64,000 bases of DNA, taken from positions 3,576 through 67,575 of the forward strand of contig JAJFKF010000063.1 in NCBI GenBank assembly GCA_021773365.1, in the 5' to 3' direction. This document shows positions 1 through 8,303 of this stretch, piece by piece. The position numbers and the translations under genes were made by a program. How positions within the stretch are numbered: position 1 is the stretch's first letter; each line of letters starts with the position of its first letter. The notes beneath the pieces were generated by a model. The model saw nothing but the letters and a program-made list of their open reading frames with translations. It was not told the origin of the DNA and made no database searches. The DNA is from Gammaproteobacteria bacterium. GTDB taxonomy: Bacteria > Pseudomonadota > Gammaproteobacteria > Steroidobacterales > Steroidobacteraceae.

Positions 1-1
1 G

Positions 2-94
2 GTGCGTTTTGCTGCGGGGGAGCCAGCGCCTGAGCATATATCCGAGGCATTGAGCGCGGGCCGTCGTTTGTTGACCGGACTGGCCCCGACATGA
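2..94 (+). CDS. 3' end of an ORF that begins upstream of the window (possibly the DUF4129-type member of the MoxR module)
   Basis: Frame open from nt 2 to TGA 92-94, which overlaps the ATG of the next gene (ATGA coupling). Translation ends ...VRFAAGEPAPEHISEALSAGRRLLTGLAPT. The family guess rests only on the usual gene neighbourhood. Confidence 0.3.
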   Translation: MRFAAGEPAPEHISEALSAGRRLLTGLAPT

Positions 95-1401
95 GGGAGC
101 GATTAATCACACTGGCCCTTGCGTTGTGTGCCCTGGCGGCGTTCTACATGCTGCTGGCGCCCAAACCCGCGCCGCGCGACACCGTCACCGAGCGTCCCAC
201 CAGTGAGGAGTCGCGCGAGGATGGCTATCTGGCCGCGCATCGCTGGTTGCAGTCCACCGGTATGCGCGTGGTGAGTCTGCGGGATCGATACGACGCCCTT
301 GCTGATGCTTCGCAGGAGGAGGCGTCGCCGCTGTCGCCCACCGGCAACCTGCTCGTGGTTACGCTGCCTTACTACCATGATGCCCGCTACCGGGAGTTGC
401 AGGTGCTGCGCGAATGGATCGAGGCGGGCAACACCCTGCTGGTGCTGGCCGCGTTGGGCGATACGCCCGCCTGGTCGGCGTCGCCGGCACTGAATCCGCT
501 TCCGCAGCTGTATCAGCTGGCCGATTTCACGGCAGAATCGCTATCCTGGCCGGAAGAGGAAGAAGAAGCGGAGACGTTTCAGGTGTTCGATGAGCCGCCG
601 CAGGTCGTCGGGCAGCGCCTGCCCGAACCGCTGCGCATGACGCTGGCGCCCAGCGGCGCGCATCCTTTGTTCGCCGGCGTGCGGCGCCTGGCCGCCGAAA
701 CGGAGTACCCCGCGGATGACTGGTACCCGCGATTGCCGGTGGACAGCTTTGTGCTCACGCTGGCGCATGAGGTTGATTCTCCGGGCGAGGCCTTCTGGTT
801 GAGCCATCTCGGCGCCGGCACCGTCATGGTCAGCGCCTATGCCAGCGTGTTTACCAACCAGCTGCTTGGCGAGCAAGACAATGCGCGCCTGTTCGCCAAC
901 ATCGTGGCGCAGAGCGTGCGCCCGGGCGGGGCGGTGATCTTCGACGACCTGCATCAGGGACTGAGCCGCCTGCTGCACCCGGAAGCCTTCTACAGCGACG
1001 GGCGCCTGCATGCCACGCTGTGGCTGCTGCTGGCGCTGTGGCTGATCTGGGTGCTGGGCGGAACGCGACTGCGGGTGCTGCGTGCGCCGCCGCTGCCGCC
1101 CGGCGAGGCCGCGCTGGTGCGGGCTACCGGTGGATTCCTGGCGCGCGCGCTACGCCCGCTCGAGGCTGCGCGCCGCATGTTCGAGCTGTTCTTCAACGAT
1201 CTGCGTCGCCGCCTGGGCGAGCCGCAGAATGGTACGCCGCTGTGGGGCTGGCTGGAGCGGCGCCCGCAGCTGGCCGCCGCCGACCTGGCGGCACTGCGCC
1301 AGCAGTACGAACGCATCAATGGCAAGGCTCATGGTCTGCGCCGCGTGGATCTCAAACGCCTACACACTCTCATTCTTCGCATACAGGAACAGGTGACATG
1401 A
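91..1401 (+). CDS. membrane-anchored DUF4350-like protein, first complete gene of a MoxR module
   Basis: 436-aa ORF with an N-terminal TM helix (LITLALALCALAAFYMLLA) and a second hydrophobic helix near aa 310. The block GGAVIFDDLHQG resembles DUF4350-type proteins. Its stop overlaps the MoxR start (ATGA at 1398-1401). Confidence 0.65.
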   Translation: MRERLITLALALCALAAFYMLLAPKPAPRDTVTERPTSEESREDGYLAAHRWLQSTGMRVVSLRDRYDALADASQEEASPLSPTGNLLVVTLPYYHDARYRELQVLREWIEAGNTLLVLAALGDTPAWSASPALNPLPQLYQLADFTAESLSWPEEEEEAETFQVFDEPPQVVGQRLPEPLRMTLAPSGAHPLFAGVRRLAAETEYPADDWYPRLPVDSFVLTLAHEVDSPGEAFWLSHLGAGTVMVSAYASVFTNQLLGEQDNARLFANIVAQSVRPGGAVIFDDLHQGLSRLLHPEAFYSDGRLHATLWLLLALWLIWVLGGTRLRVLRAPPLPPGEAALVRATGGFLARALRPLEAARRMFELFFNDLRRRLGEPQNGTPLWGWLERRPQLAAADLAALRQQYERINGKAHGLRRVDLKRLHTLILRIQEQVT

Positions 1402-2345
1402 ATACAGAGCTGCAGACACTGGACGGATATCTGCGCGCACAGCTGGGGACGGTGGTGCTGGGACTGGACGATGCCATCGGCGGCCTGCTGGTGGCGCTGC
1501 TGGCCCGCGGGCATGTGCTGGTGCAGGGTCCGCCCGGGCTGGGCAAGACACTGATGAGCAAGGGGCTGGCGCGGGTGCTCGGCGGCACCTTCAAGCGTAT
1601 CCAGGGCACGGCCGACCTGATGCCGGCGGATGTGACCGGTGTGCATGTCTACGAAAGCGCCAGCCAGCGTTTCATTTTCCGCGAGGGACCTTTGTTTGCC
1701 GACGTGGTTCTGGTTGATGAGATCAACCGCGCCGGACCCAAGACACAGTCGGCGATGCTGGAGGCCATGGAGGAGCGCCAGGTGACCGTCGAACGGGAGT
1801 GTCTGCCCCTGCCGCCGGACTTTCTGGTGATCGCCACGCAGAATCCACGCGAGTTCGAGGGCACCTATCCACTGCCTGAGTCGCAGCTCGACCGCTTCAT
1901 GCTGCGCATCGACGTGACTTACCCGACGCGTGAGGTGGAGACCGTCATCGTGACGCGGTATGGCGGATTCGGTGCGGTCAGCGAACCGCTGGCTGCATTG
2001 CAGCCGCTGGATCGCGGTGTGCTGGAGCGTGCCCGCGAGGAGGCTGCTGCGGTACACCTTTCTGAATCGTTGCTGGGCTACGTGCTGGATCTCGCCCAGG
2101 CGACGCGCGAGCATCCGCAGGCGGCGCTCGGTGTATCGCCGCGTGGCGTGCTGGCCCTGGTGCGCGCGGCGCGCATTGTTGCCGCCGTGAGGGGCGGGGA
2201 GTTTGTCACGCCCGATGATGTGAAGGCCGTGGCGGTGCCGGTGCTGGCGCACCGCATCCAGCTCACTGCCGAGGCGGCGCTGGAAGGCATGACGGATCGG
2301 CAGTTTGTTGTGCAGCTGCTGGAGAAAACGGCGGTGCCGCGGTGA
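1398..2345 (+). CDS. MoxR-family AAA+ ATPase
   Basis: Internal ATG at 1398 of track ORF 1020..2345. The upstream extension is Ala/Arg/Gly-rich with no recognisable motifs. Walker A GPPGLGKT, Walker B VLVDEINRA, and ATQNP/PESQLDRF blocks typical of MoxR. Confidence 0.93.
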   Translation: MNTELQTLDGYLRAQLGTVVLGLDDAIGGLLVALLARGHVLVQGPPGLGKTLMSKGLARVLGGTFKRIQGTADLMPADVTGVHVYESASQRFIFREGPLFADVVLVDEINRAGPKTQSAMLEAMEERQVTVERECLPLPPDFLVIATQNPREFEGTYPLPESQLDRFMLRIDVTYPTREVETVIVTRYGGFGAVSEPLAALQPLDRGVLERAREEAAAVHLSESLLGYVLDLAQATREHPQAALGVSPRGVLALVRAARIVAAVRGGEFVTPDDVKAVAVPVLAHRIQLTAEAALEGMTDRQFVVQLLEKTAVPR

Positions 2346-2400
2346 ATCGGCGGTGGCAATTAGCGACGGTGCGCTGCCTGTGAATGTTCTTGCATCGTGC

Positions 2401-2598
2401 CGGGCGGCGTATGGATCGGGTGGGGATTTTCAGGGACGCCGTGAATACATTCAGCTGCGCAATCCCTGCTCCGCTGAAGCCCAGGGTGGCCATCGTGGCC
2501 ACCCGGTCGGCGCAGTACGCCGAACCCCTGTAGGCTCGCGCTTAGACATCCTGTCAAAGAGCGCCCAGAAAATCCCCACCCGATCCACACGCCGCCTG
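2401..2598. repeat. about 198-bp element bounded by 31-nt terminal inverted repeats (MITE-like or structured RNA) in the moxR-DUF58 spacer
   Basis: 2401-2431 cgggcggcgtatggatcgggtggggattttc matches the reverse complement of 2568-2598 at 29 of 31 positions (19-nt perfect core 2413-2431 / 2568-2586). Internal perfect 9-bp hairpin gggtggcca-tcg-tggccaccc at 2484-2504. Confidence 0.55.
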
Positions 2599-2643
2599 AT
2601 ACGCCGGTGGCCCTTCAAGGGAAGTGCAGGGTAGGGGTTAGTC

Positions 2644-3942
2644 ATGAGTCTTACCGCGCGCGCCTTTACGCTGATCTCGCTCACCACGCTGCTGGCGATT
2701 CTGGCCATCTGGAGCGCCGATCCTGCATTGGCGCCGTTGTGGCTGATTCCGACGGCGCTGGTGTTGTCGGGACTGGCGGTGGAGGGCTTTCTCATTGTGC
2801 GTACACCTGTCACCGCTGTTGTGGAGATGCCCGCGCGGGTATACCTGGGCCGCGCCGCCGCGGCGGCATTTGTGTTTGAGAACGGTGGGCGTTTGCCCTC
2901 GGTGGTGGAGTACATACCGGCGGTGCCGACGGGTTTCAGTCGCCTGCCCGGTACGCGGAGTCTTCCGTTGCCAGCGGCCGCTTCCGCGCGTGATGCGTGC
3001 CAGTTGATCCCGGAGCGGCTGGGCGTGCATGAGTGGCCCGGTCTGTCAGCGCGACTGCGGGGATTGTTCGGGCTGGCGTGGTGGTCGCGCCGTCTGCCGG
3101 TGAAGTCGCAGACGGTGGTGGCGCCGGACCTGTTCGGCGCCTATACCCGTCAGGCTGCCGGTGAATCGGTGGGCGCCGCCCGCAGCCAGGTCAGTGGCTC
3201 GGGCGCCGAATTAAAGCAGCTGCGTGACTATCAGCCCGGTGATCCATTGCACCGGCTCGACTGGAAGGCTACCGCGCGGCGCGGACTGCCAGTGACGCGG
3301 GAGTTCATCGAGGATCAGCATCTGGAAATCGTGCTGGCGATCGACGCCGGCCGCACCAGCCGTCTGCATGCCGGGCGGCTGGATCGCCTTGGCCTGTTCG
3401 CCAACGTGGCGGCGCGCTTCGCGCAATTCGCGGTTGCCCAGGACGATCGCGTGGGTCTGGTGGCCTTTGCCGATCGCACGCTGGCGGAGCTGGCGCCGGC
3501 CCGCGGCATGCCGGCGGTGATGCGCATCCGTGCCGCCCTGGAGAAGCTGCAGGCGCGGGTTGCTGAATCCAGTCCGCTGACTGTAGCCCTGCGGGTGCGC
3601 GAGATGGTGCGCCACCGTTCGCTGGTGGTGATGTTCACCGATCCCGGCGAGGCCGCCGCAGCGGAAGAACTCAGCCGCGCCATTCGTTTGTTACAGCCGC
3701 GTCACTACACCGTGGTGGCAACGGTGGTCGGTGAGGAAGCCGACGCCCTGGCGCGCGCGCCCGCGCGCAGCTGGCTGGATCCGTACGTGTCGCTGGCAGC
3801 GCGCGAACGCGAGGCGGCGCTGCGCGGGCGCATCAGTGCCCTGCGGCATCTCGGTGCATCGGTGGTGGCGGCGCCGGCGGCTTCTCTGGAGCGGGCGGTG
3901 CTGGATGAGTATCGGCGGCTGCGGCGTGAGCGGCGGATTTAG
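2644..3942 (+). CDS. DUF58 domain protein (vWA-like partner of MoxR) with N-terminal TM helices
   Basis: 432-aa ORF. DUF58 signature LRDYQPGDPLHRLDWKATARRG followed by a vWA-like LAIDAGRTS block. Located downstream of MoxR. Confidence 0.88.
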   Translation: MSLTARAFTLISLTTLLAILAIWSADPALAPLWLIPTALVLSGLAVEGFLIVRTPVTAVVEMPARVYLGRAAAAAFVFENGGRLPSVVEYIPAVPTGFSRLPGTRSLPLPAAASARDACQLIPERLGVHEWPGLSARLRGLFGLAWWSRRLPVKSQTVVAPDLFGAYTRQAAGESVGAARSQVSGSGAELKQLRDYQPGDPLHRLDWKATARRGLPVTREFIEDQHLEIVLAIDAGRTSRLHAGRLDRLGLFANVAARFAQFAVAQDDRVGLVAFADRTLAELAPARGMPAVMRIRAALEKLQARVAESSPLTVALRVREMVRHRSLVVMFTDPGEAAAAEELSRAIRLLQPRHYTVVATVVGEEADALARAPARSWLDPYVSLAAREREAALRGRISALRHLGASVVAAPAASLERAVLDEYRRLRRERRI

Positions 3943-4024
3943 GAGTGAGATTCGATATCAAGAAGATAAAGGAGGGTGTCTGCAAGTGGGAGTAGTGGGG
4001 CTGAGGGCCACTTTGAGGTTAGTT

Positions 4025-4303
4025 ATGACTAACGAGTTTACGGATTTTCAGAACTCGCTACGTTCAGCGTTGGAGAAAATATTCATGGCCAAAGGTAAGG
4101 CAGTTACATGGAGCCTCTGCGGTGAGAACGAGCATTTTTACTATGGTCAGTCGACAGATAGTGAGATTGAGGTGTGGCTCTATGTGGACGAAGCCGAGTG
4201 TCGCCTCGGAGACCTTCAGCGAATCTGCGAACGCCCGGATTTTGATAGCACAGATCATCTAAAAGAGTATTTCATTGAGATTGTTCGAGCGCGGCTAAGC
4301 TGA
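4025..4303 (+). CDS. small hypothetical protein in an AT-rich patch
   Basis: ATG 4025 inside track ORF 3731..4303 gives 92 aa (MTNEFTDFQNSLRSALEKIF...). Composition is visibly more AT-rich than the neighbours. No motif recognised. Confidence 0.4.
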   Translation: MTNEFTDFQNSLRSALEKIFMAKGKAVTWSLCGENEHFYYGQSTDSEIEVWLYVDEAECRLGDLQRICERPDFDSTDHLKEYFIEIVRARLS

Positions 4304-4313
4304 ACATTACCAG

Positions 4314-4985
4314 CTACAGCAATTTCAATTGCTTCAGCATACGCTCGACCCACAACGCATACTGCTTGCCAGAAGGATGCAGTCCATCCGACGCAACCAG
4401 CTCAGGATCGTCCAGTCCGCGCCGTGATAGATCGGTGATATTGATATACGCCACGCCGTGCGCTTCCGTGATTCGCCTGTTGATGGAGTTGAACTCGTCA
4501 AGCGCTCGGGAAATTTCTTCCCGTCTTGATCTGCCAAAGGGCGTGTAACCGTAATCCGGTATGGAAACCACGAAGACGCGCTCCTTCCTGCCTCCGGCCA
4601 GTCCGATGGCCATCGCCAGCAGTTCTTCATACTCTGCCGCGTACTGATCCACCGGCTTGCCCTGGTACTGATTGTTTACGCCGATCAGCAGGGACACCAG
4701 ATCGTATTCGTCCTGCAGCTGGGCGGCCTGAATGCCTTGCTTCAGATTGTCAGTTCTCCAGCCGGTAGTGGCGATGATTCTGGGGCTGGCAACCGGTACT
4801 CCCCTGGCGGTGAGCGCGGCTGCCAGCTGCACGGGCCACCGTCGCGCCTCGGGCACGCTTTCGCCAATGGTGTAGGAGTCTCCCAGCGCCAGGTACCGTA
4901 GGGACTCATCCGCCGATTGTGCGAGTATCGGACCGACAGCCAGCGCGAGTATTGCAAACAACGAATACTTGTACTTGAGATTCAT
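4314..4985 (-). CDS. secreted SGNH/GDSL-family hydrolase (lipase/esterase)
   Basis: Start at MNLKYKYSLFAILALAVGPILAQS (signal peptide). SGNH blocks LALGDSYTIG (block I), LIGVNN (block III) and DGLHPS (block V). Confidence 0.85.
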   Translation of the reverse strand: MNLKYKYSLFAILALAVGPILAQSADESLRYLALGDSYTIGESVPEARRWPVQLAAALTARGVPVASPRIIATTGWRTDNLKQGIQAAQLQDEYDLVSLLIGVNNQYQGKPVDQYAAEYEELLAMAIGLAGGRKERVFVVSIPDYGYTPFGRSRREEISRALDEFNSINRRITEAHGVAYINITDLSRRGLDDPELVASDGLHPSGKQYALWVERMLKQLKLL

Positions 4986-5055
4986 GGCCATCTCCTGGAA
5001 GCGCCTGATCGTAGCATTCCGGGGGCCAGTTGGACTGTTGGAGGAATCAATCACC

Positions 5056-6498
5056 ATGACACCTGAGGAATTCCGCCGCCACGGCCACGCTTTGATCGAC
5101 TGGATTGCCGATCTGCGCGCCTGTGAATATGCCGGAGACTGCCGTGTGCAGTCCGACTCACCGGTGGGCGCGCTGCGCGCCGCGCTGCCGAAGCACCCGC
5201 CACTGACCGGCCAGTCCTTCGAAGCGATCCGCGCCGATCTGGACCGTCTTGTGCTGCCAGCGACAAGTCACTTCCAGCATCCGGCGTTCTTTGCCTACTT
5301 CCCGTCCAACAGCTCGCTGGCTTCCGTTTTGGGAGATTTAGCCAGCACCGGATTGGCCCAGCTGGGCCTGAACTGGGCGTCGAGTCCGGCGTTGACGGAG
5401 CTGGAGGAAGTTGCCACCGACTGGCTGCGGCAGATGCTGGGTCTGTCGGCGCAGTGGAGCGGAGTGATTCAGGACACGGCCTCAACCGCCAGCCTGGTGG
5501 CGCTGCTGTGCGCGCGCGAACGCAGCACCGGCTACGGCGCAGCCCGCGGTGGTCTGCAGGATGAGAACCAGCCGCTGGTGGTCTATACCTCCAGCCACAG
5601 TCACAGTTCCATCGAGAAGGCCGCGCTGCTAGCCGGCTTCGGCCGCGACAACCTGCGTCAGATCCAGACCGATGCCGACTACGCCTTGAAGCCGGATGCG
5701 CTGACTGCGGCCATACGGACCGACATCGCGGCCGGTCGCCGTCCCTGCGCCATTGTCGCCACGGTGGGCACTACGACCACGACGGCACTGGATCCAGTTG
5801 CGGCCATGGCTGACATCGCGCGCCGGCATGAGATGTGGCTGCATGTGGACGCGGCCCTGGCCGGGTCGGCGATGATCCTGCCGGAGTGCCGCTGGATGTG
5901 GGAGGGCGTGGAGGGCGCCGACTCGCTGGTGATCAATCCTCACAAATGGCTGGGCGTAGCCTTTGATTGTTCGAGCTACTACGTGCGCGACGCCGAACAC
6001 CTGGTGCGGGTGATGTCGACCAACCCCAGCTACCTGCGCACGGCGGCCGATGGTCAGGCAACAAACTATCGCGACTGGGGTATCGCGCTGGGCCGGCGAT
6101 TCCGCGCCCTGAAACTGTGGTTCCTGCTGCGCGAGCAGGGCGTGGAAGGACTGCAGCGACGGTTGCGACGCGACATGTCCAATGCCCAATGGATGGCCGG
6201 CGAGATTGACGCCGCACCACGATGGCGTCGCCTGGCGCCGGTGCCGCTGCAAACGCTCTGCGTACGCCACGAGCCCACGGGCCTCGATGGCGATGCCCTT
6301 GATCGACATACGCTGGATTGGTGTGCGCGTATCAATGCCTCCGGCCAGGCATGGCTGACCCCGGCGCAGCTGGATGGCCGCTGGATGGTGCGCGTATCGG
6401 TGGGCGCGGAGGCTACCGAGCGCGAGCACGTCGAGGGTCTATGGGTGCTGATGAAATCAGTCGTGGACAGCGCTGATGGCCCAGACCCGGCACGGTAG
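5056..6498 (+). CDS. group II pyridoxal-phosphate-dependent (aromatic amino acid type) decarboxylase
   Basis: ATG 5056 (MTPEEFRRHGHALIDWIADL). Conserved HFQHPAFFAYFPS, and the SLVINPHKW lysine motif typical of DDC/TyrDC-type decarboxylases. Confidence 0.88.
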   Translation: MTPEEFRRHGHALIDWIADLRACEYAGDCRVQSDSPVGALRAALPKHPPLTGQSFEAIRADLDRLVLPATSHFQHPAFFAYFPSNSSLASVLGDLASTGLAQLGLNWASSPALTELEEVATDWLRQMLGLSAQWSGVIQDTASTASLVALLCARERSTGYGAARGGLQDENQPLVVYTSSHSHSSIEKAALLAGFGRDNLRQIQTDADYALKPDALTAAIRTDIAAGRRPCAIVATVGTTTTTALDPVAAMADIARRHEMWLHVDAALAGSAMILPECRWMWEGVEGADSLVINPHKWLGVAFDCSSYYVRDAEHLVRVMSTNPSYLRTAADGQATNYRDWGIALGRRFRALKLWFLLREQGVEGLQRRLRRDMSNAQWMAGEIDAAPRWRRLAPVPLQTLCVRHEPTGLDGDALDRHTLDWCARINASGQAWLTPAQLDGRWMVRVSVGAEATEREHVEGLWVLMKSVVDSADGPDPAR

Positions 6499-6604
6499 CG
6501 TCCCGAATATCGGTTGGTGCAAACGTGCTTCCCTGTCGCTCAGACCGAGTCTGGAAAGGTCGGCGCCTGTTCGTGTTCAAGCCAGTGGCATTGGGGACAG
6601 GCTC

Positions 6605-7603
6605 CTAGCGCTTGCGGATCGTCACCACCTTTCCGCGCCGCTCGATACGCAGGTCCTTCTCCTGTCCCAGGAAGTCCAGCAGCGCCTGCGGCTGGTCCGC
6701 ATTGAATACGCCTTCCAGCTCCCGGGATTGCAACTGTGCATCGGCGATGCGCAGTTGCAGTTCGTTGTAGCGGTTGAACTCCTTGATCACCGTTGCGAGC
6801 GGTGTGTGCGCGAAGTCCAGTTGCCGCTGACGCCAGGCCAGTGCCCTGGGCACATCGGGATGCTCGCGCCGGGCCACGTGGCCGTCGCTGTCCACATCCG
6901 CTTCCTCGCCGGCGCCGAGCACCTCGTCGGAGATTTTCACGCGTCCATCGGCGACCGATACGGTCGTCGTCGCGCTTCTGCGGTACACATTGAACTGCGT
7001 GCCCAGCACCTGAACCGTTGCCGCGTCTGTCACCACGGTGAACGGCCGGGCCCCGTCCCGTTCCACCGTGAACAAAGCCTCACCGTCCAGCAGGCGCACC
7101 TCCCGCGACTTCGAGGTGAAGTCCACCGCGATGCGCGAGCGTACATTGAGGTGCACCATGGAGCCGTCTTCCAGTTTCACCGTTCTTTGTTCTCCCACTT
7201 CGGTGGAGTAACGGGAGCCCTGCGCCAGTGCCAGCCACAGCGCTACGCCTGCAATGGTGGCGGCGGCAGCGGCCAGTGTCGGCAGTTGCCACGGGCGGAA
7301 CCGGGGCATCTTGACCGTGCTGACTGAAGAGGTTTCCACATCCATCGTCAGAACATTGGCTTCGGTATGGGCGCGCACCTCGTCGGTCAGCGCATCCAGG
7401 TTGATCCGGCGCTGTGCATCCATCCCATCCAGGTCGCGGTCCATTGCGGAGATTTCCAGGAAGGTCTGCATGTGGTCCGCGGAGCGGGTCAGCCACACGC
7501 GAAAGGCGGTCTCCGACTCGCGGCTGGGGGCATCCTGCAGGGTGAACAGCCACCCGGCCGCCTCCTCGTTCAATCGTCGCTGCGTGTTTAGTTCCATGCT
7601 CAT
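6605..7603 (-). CDS. FecR-family transmembrane anti-sigma/sensor (cassette 1)
   Basis: 332 aa. N-terminal EAAGWLFTLQD anti-sigma region, a single TM, a periplasmic FecR block (GTQFNVY) and a C-terminal DUF4974-like tail. Its start overlaps the sigma gene's stop. Confidence 0.9.
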   Translation of the reverse strand: MSMELNTQRRLNEEAAGWLFTLQDAPSRESETAFRVWLTRSADHMQTFLEISAMDRDLDGMDAQRRINLDALTDEVRAHTEANVLTMDVETSSVSTVKMPRFRPWQLPTLAAAAATIAGVALWLALAQGSRYSTEVGEQRTVKLEDGSMVHLNVRSRIAVDFTSKSREVRLLDGEALFTVERDGARPFTVVTDAATVQVLGTQFNVYRRSATTTVSVADGRVKISDEVLGAGEEADVDSDGHVARREHPDVPRALAWRQRQLDFAHTPLATVIKEFNRYNELQLRIADAQLQSRELEGVFNADQPQALLDFLGQEKDLRIERRGKVVTIRKR

Positions 7604-8139
7604 GTCCCCTCCAGCCGCGCTTCCTTGAGCCGGGCCAGCGCGCGCGTGAGATATTCGTACACCGTTTTCTTGGAGAACCCCAGACGCTGGGCAATCTCGT
7701 CCGGCGACAAACCATCGCGCTTGCGCATCAGCAGCACGGCACGATAAGCCTTCGGTAGAGATCTGAGCAGCCGCTCCAGTTCCTCCTCGCGGCTCAGGCG
7801 ATCGGCCGGATCGTCCTTCGCCTCCAGGGCGCCGCGCCGGTCGGCCGCTTCCAGCAGATCGGAGTCGTAGACCACCTGGGTCTTGCGCTCCCGCATCCTG
7901 AACTCGTATACCAGATTTGAAGCCAGCTGATACAGGAAGGCCTGCGCGTTACGCACATCCTCGTGCCGTGAAACCAGCATGAAGCGCATGTAGGTATCCT
8001 GTGCCAGGTCCCGGGCGGTGTGGGCGCAACGGGTGCGCCGCATCAGAAAACGATGCAGTTCAGCGCCATACGCCCTGAACGCCGTCAGGGTTTCGTCGGC
8101 AGCCTTCGGTACACTCTTGATGTCGCGATTTTTAACCAC
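7600..8139 (-). CDS. ECF (FecI-like) RNA polymerase sigma factor (cassette 1)
   Basis: 179 aa with region 2 (DLAQDTYMRF) and a region 4 HTH (GLSPDEIAQRLGFSKKTVYEYLTRA). Co-transcribed with the FecR gene and divergent from the receptor gene. Confidence 0.9.
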   Translation of the reverse strand: MVKNRDIKSVPKAADETLTAFRAYGAELHRFLMRRTRCAHTARDLAQDTYMRFMLVSRHEDVRNAQAFLYQLASNLVYEFRMRERKTQVVYDSDLLEAADRRGALEAKDDPADRLSREEELERLLRSLPKAYRAVLLMRKRDGLSPDEIAQRLGFSKKTVYEYLTRALARLKEARLEGT

Positions 8140-8222
8140 GGTCCGCGCATGTTATCCCGGTTCCCCTTAGACTGATCGGACTGTCTGGTTTACCTATGCA
8201 TTTTTCACTGCGCTTTCCGCAT

Positions 8223-8248
8223 GGGAAAACAGCCCCTCCCGATCCGTC
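8223..8248 (+). promoter_or_regulatory. candidate ECF-sigma-dependent promoter of receptor 1
   Basis: GGGAAAAC, then 14 nt, then CGTC (GGAAA-N16-CGTC), resembling the GGAAC/T-N16-17-CGTC pattern I recall for FecI-type promoters. Similar GGAAAA motifs precede receptors 2 and 3 at 25375 and 50039, but their -10 elements are poor. Confidence 0.25.
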
Positions 8249-8303
8249 TAGGGCTGCAATGGTGGCTCACACGGGCCCGATCGGGAGGATGAGTTCTGTG
8301 AAC

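Noticed and set aside
1020-1397. N-terminal extension of the MoxR ORF (track ORF 1020..2345)
   Set aside because: It overlaps the DUF4350-like gene in another frame and translates to Ala/Arg/Gly-rich sequence with no recognisable motifs. MoxR homology starts at the ATG at 1398, which forms an ATGA junction with the upstream stop.
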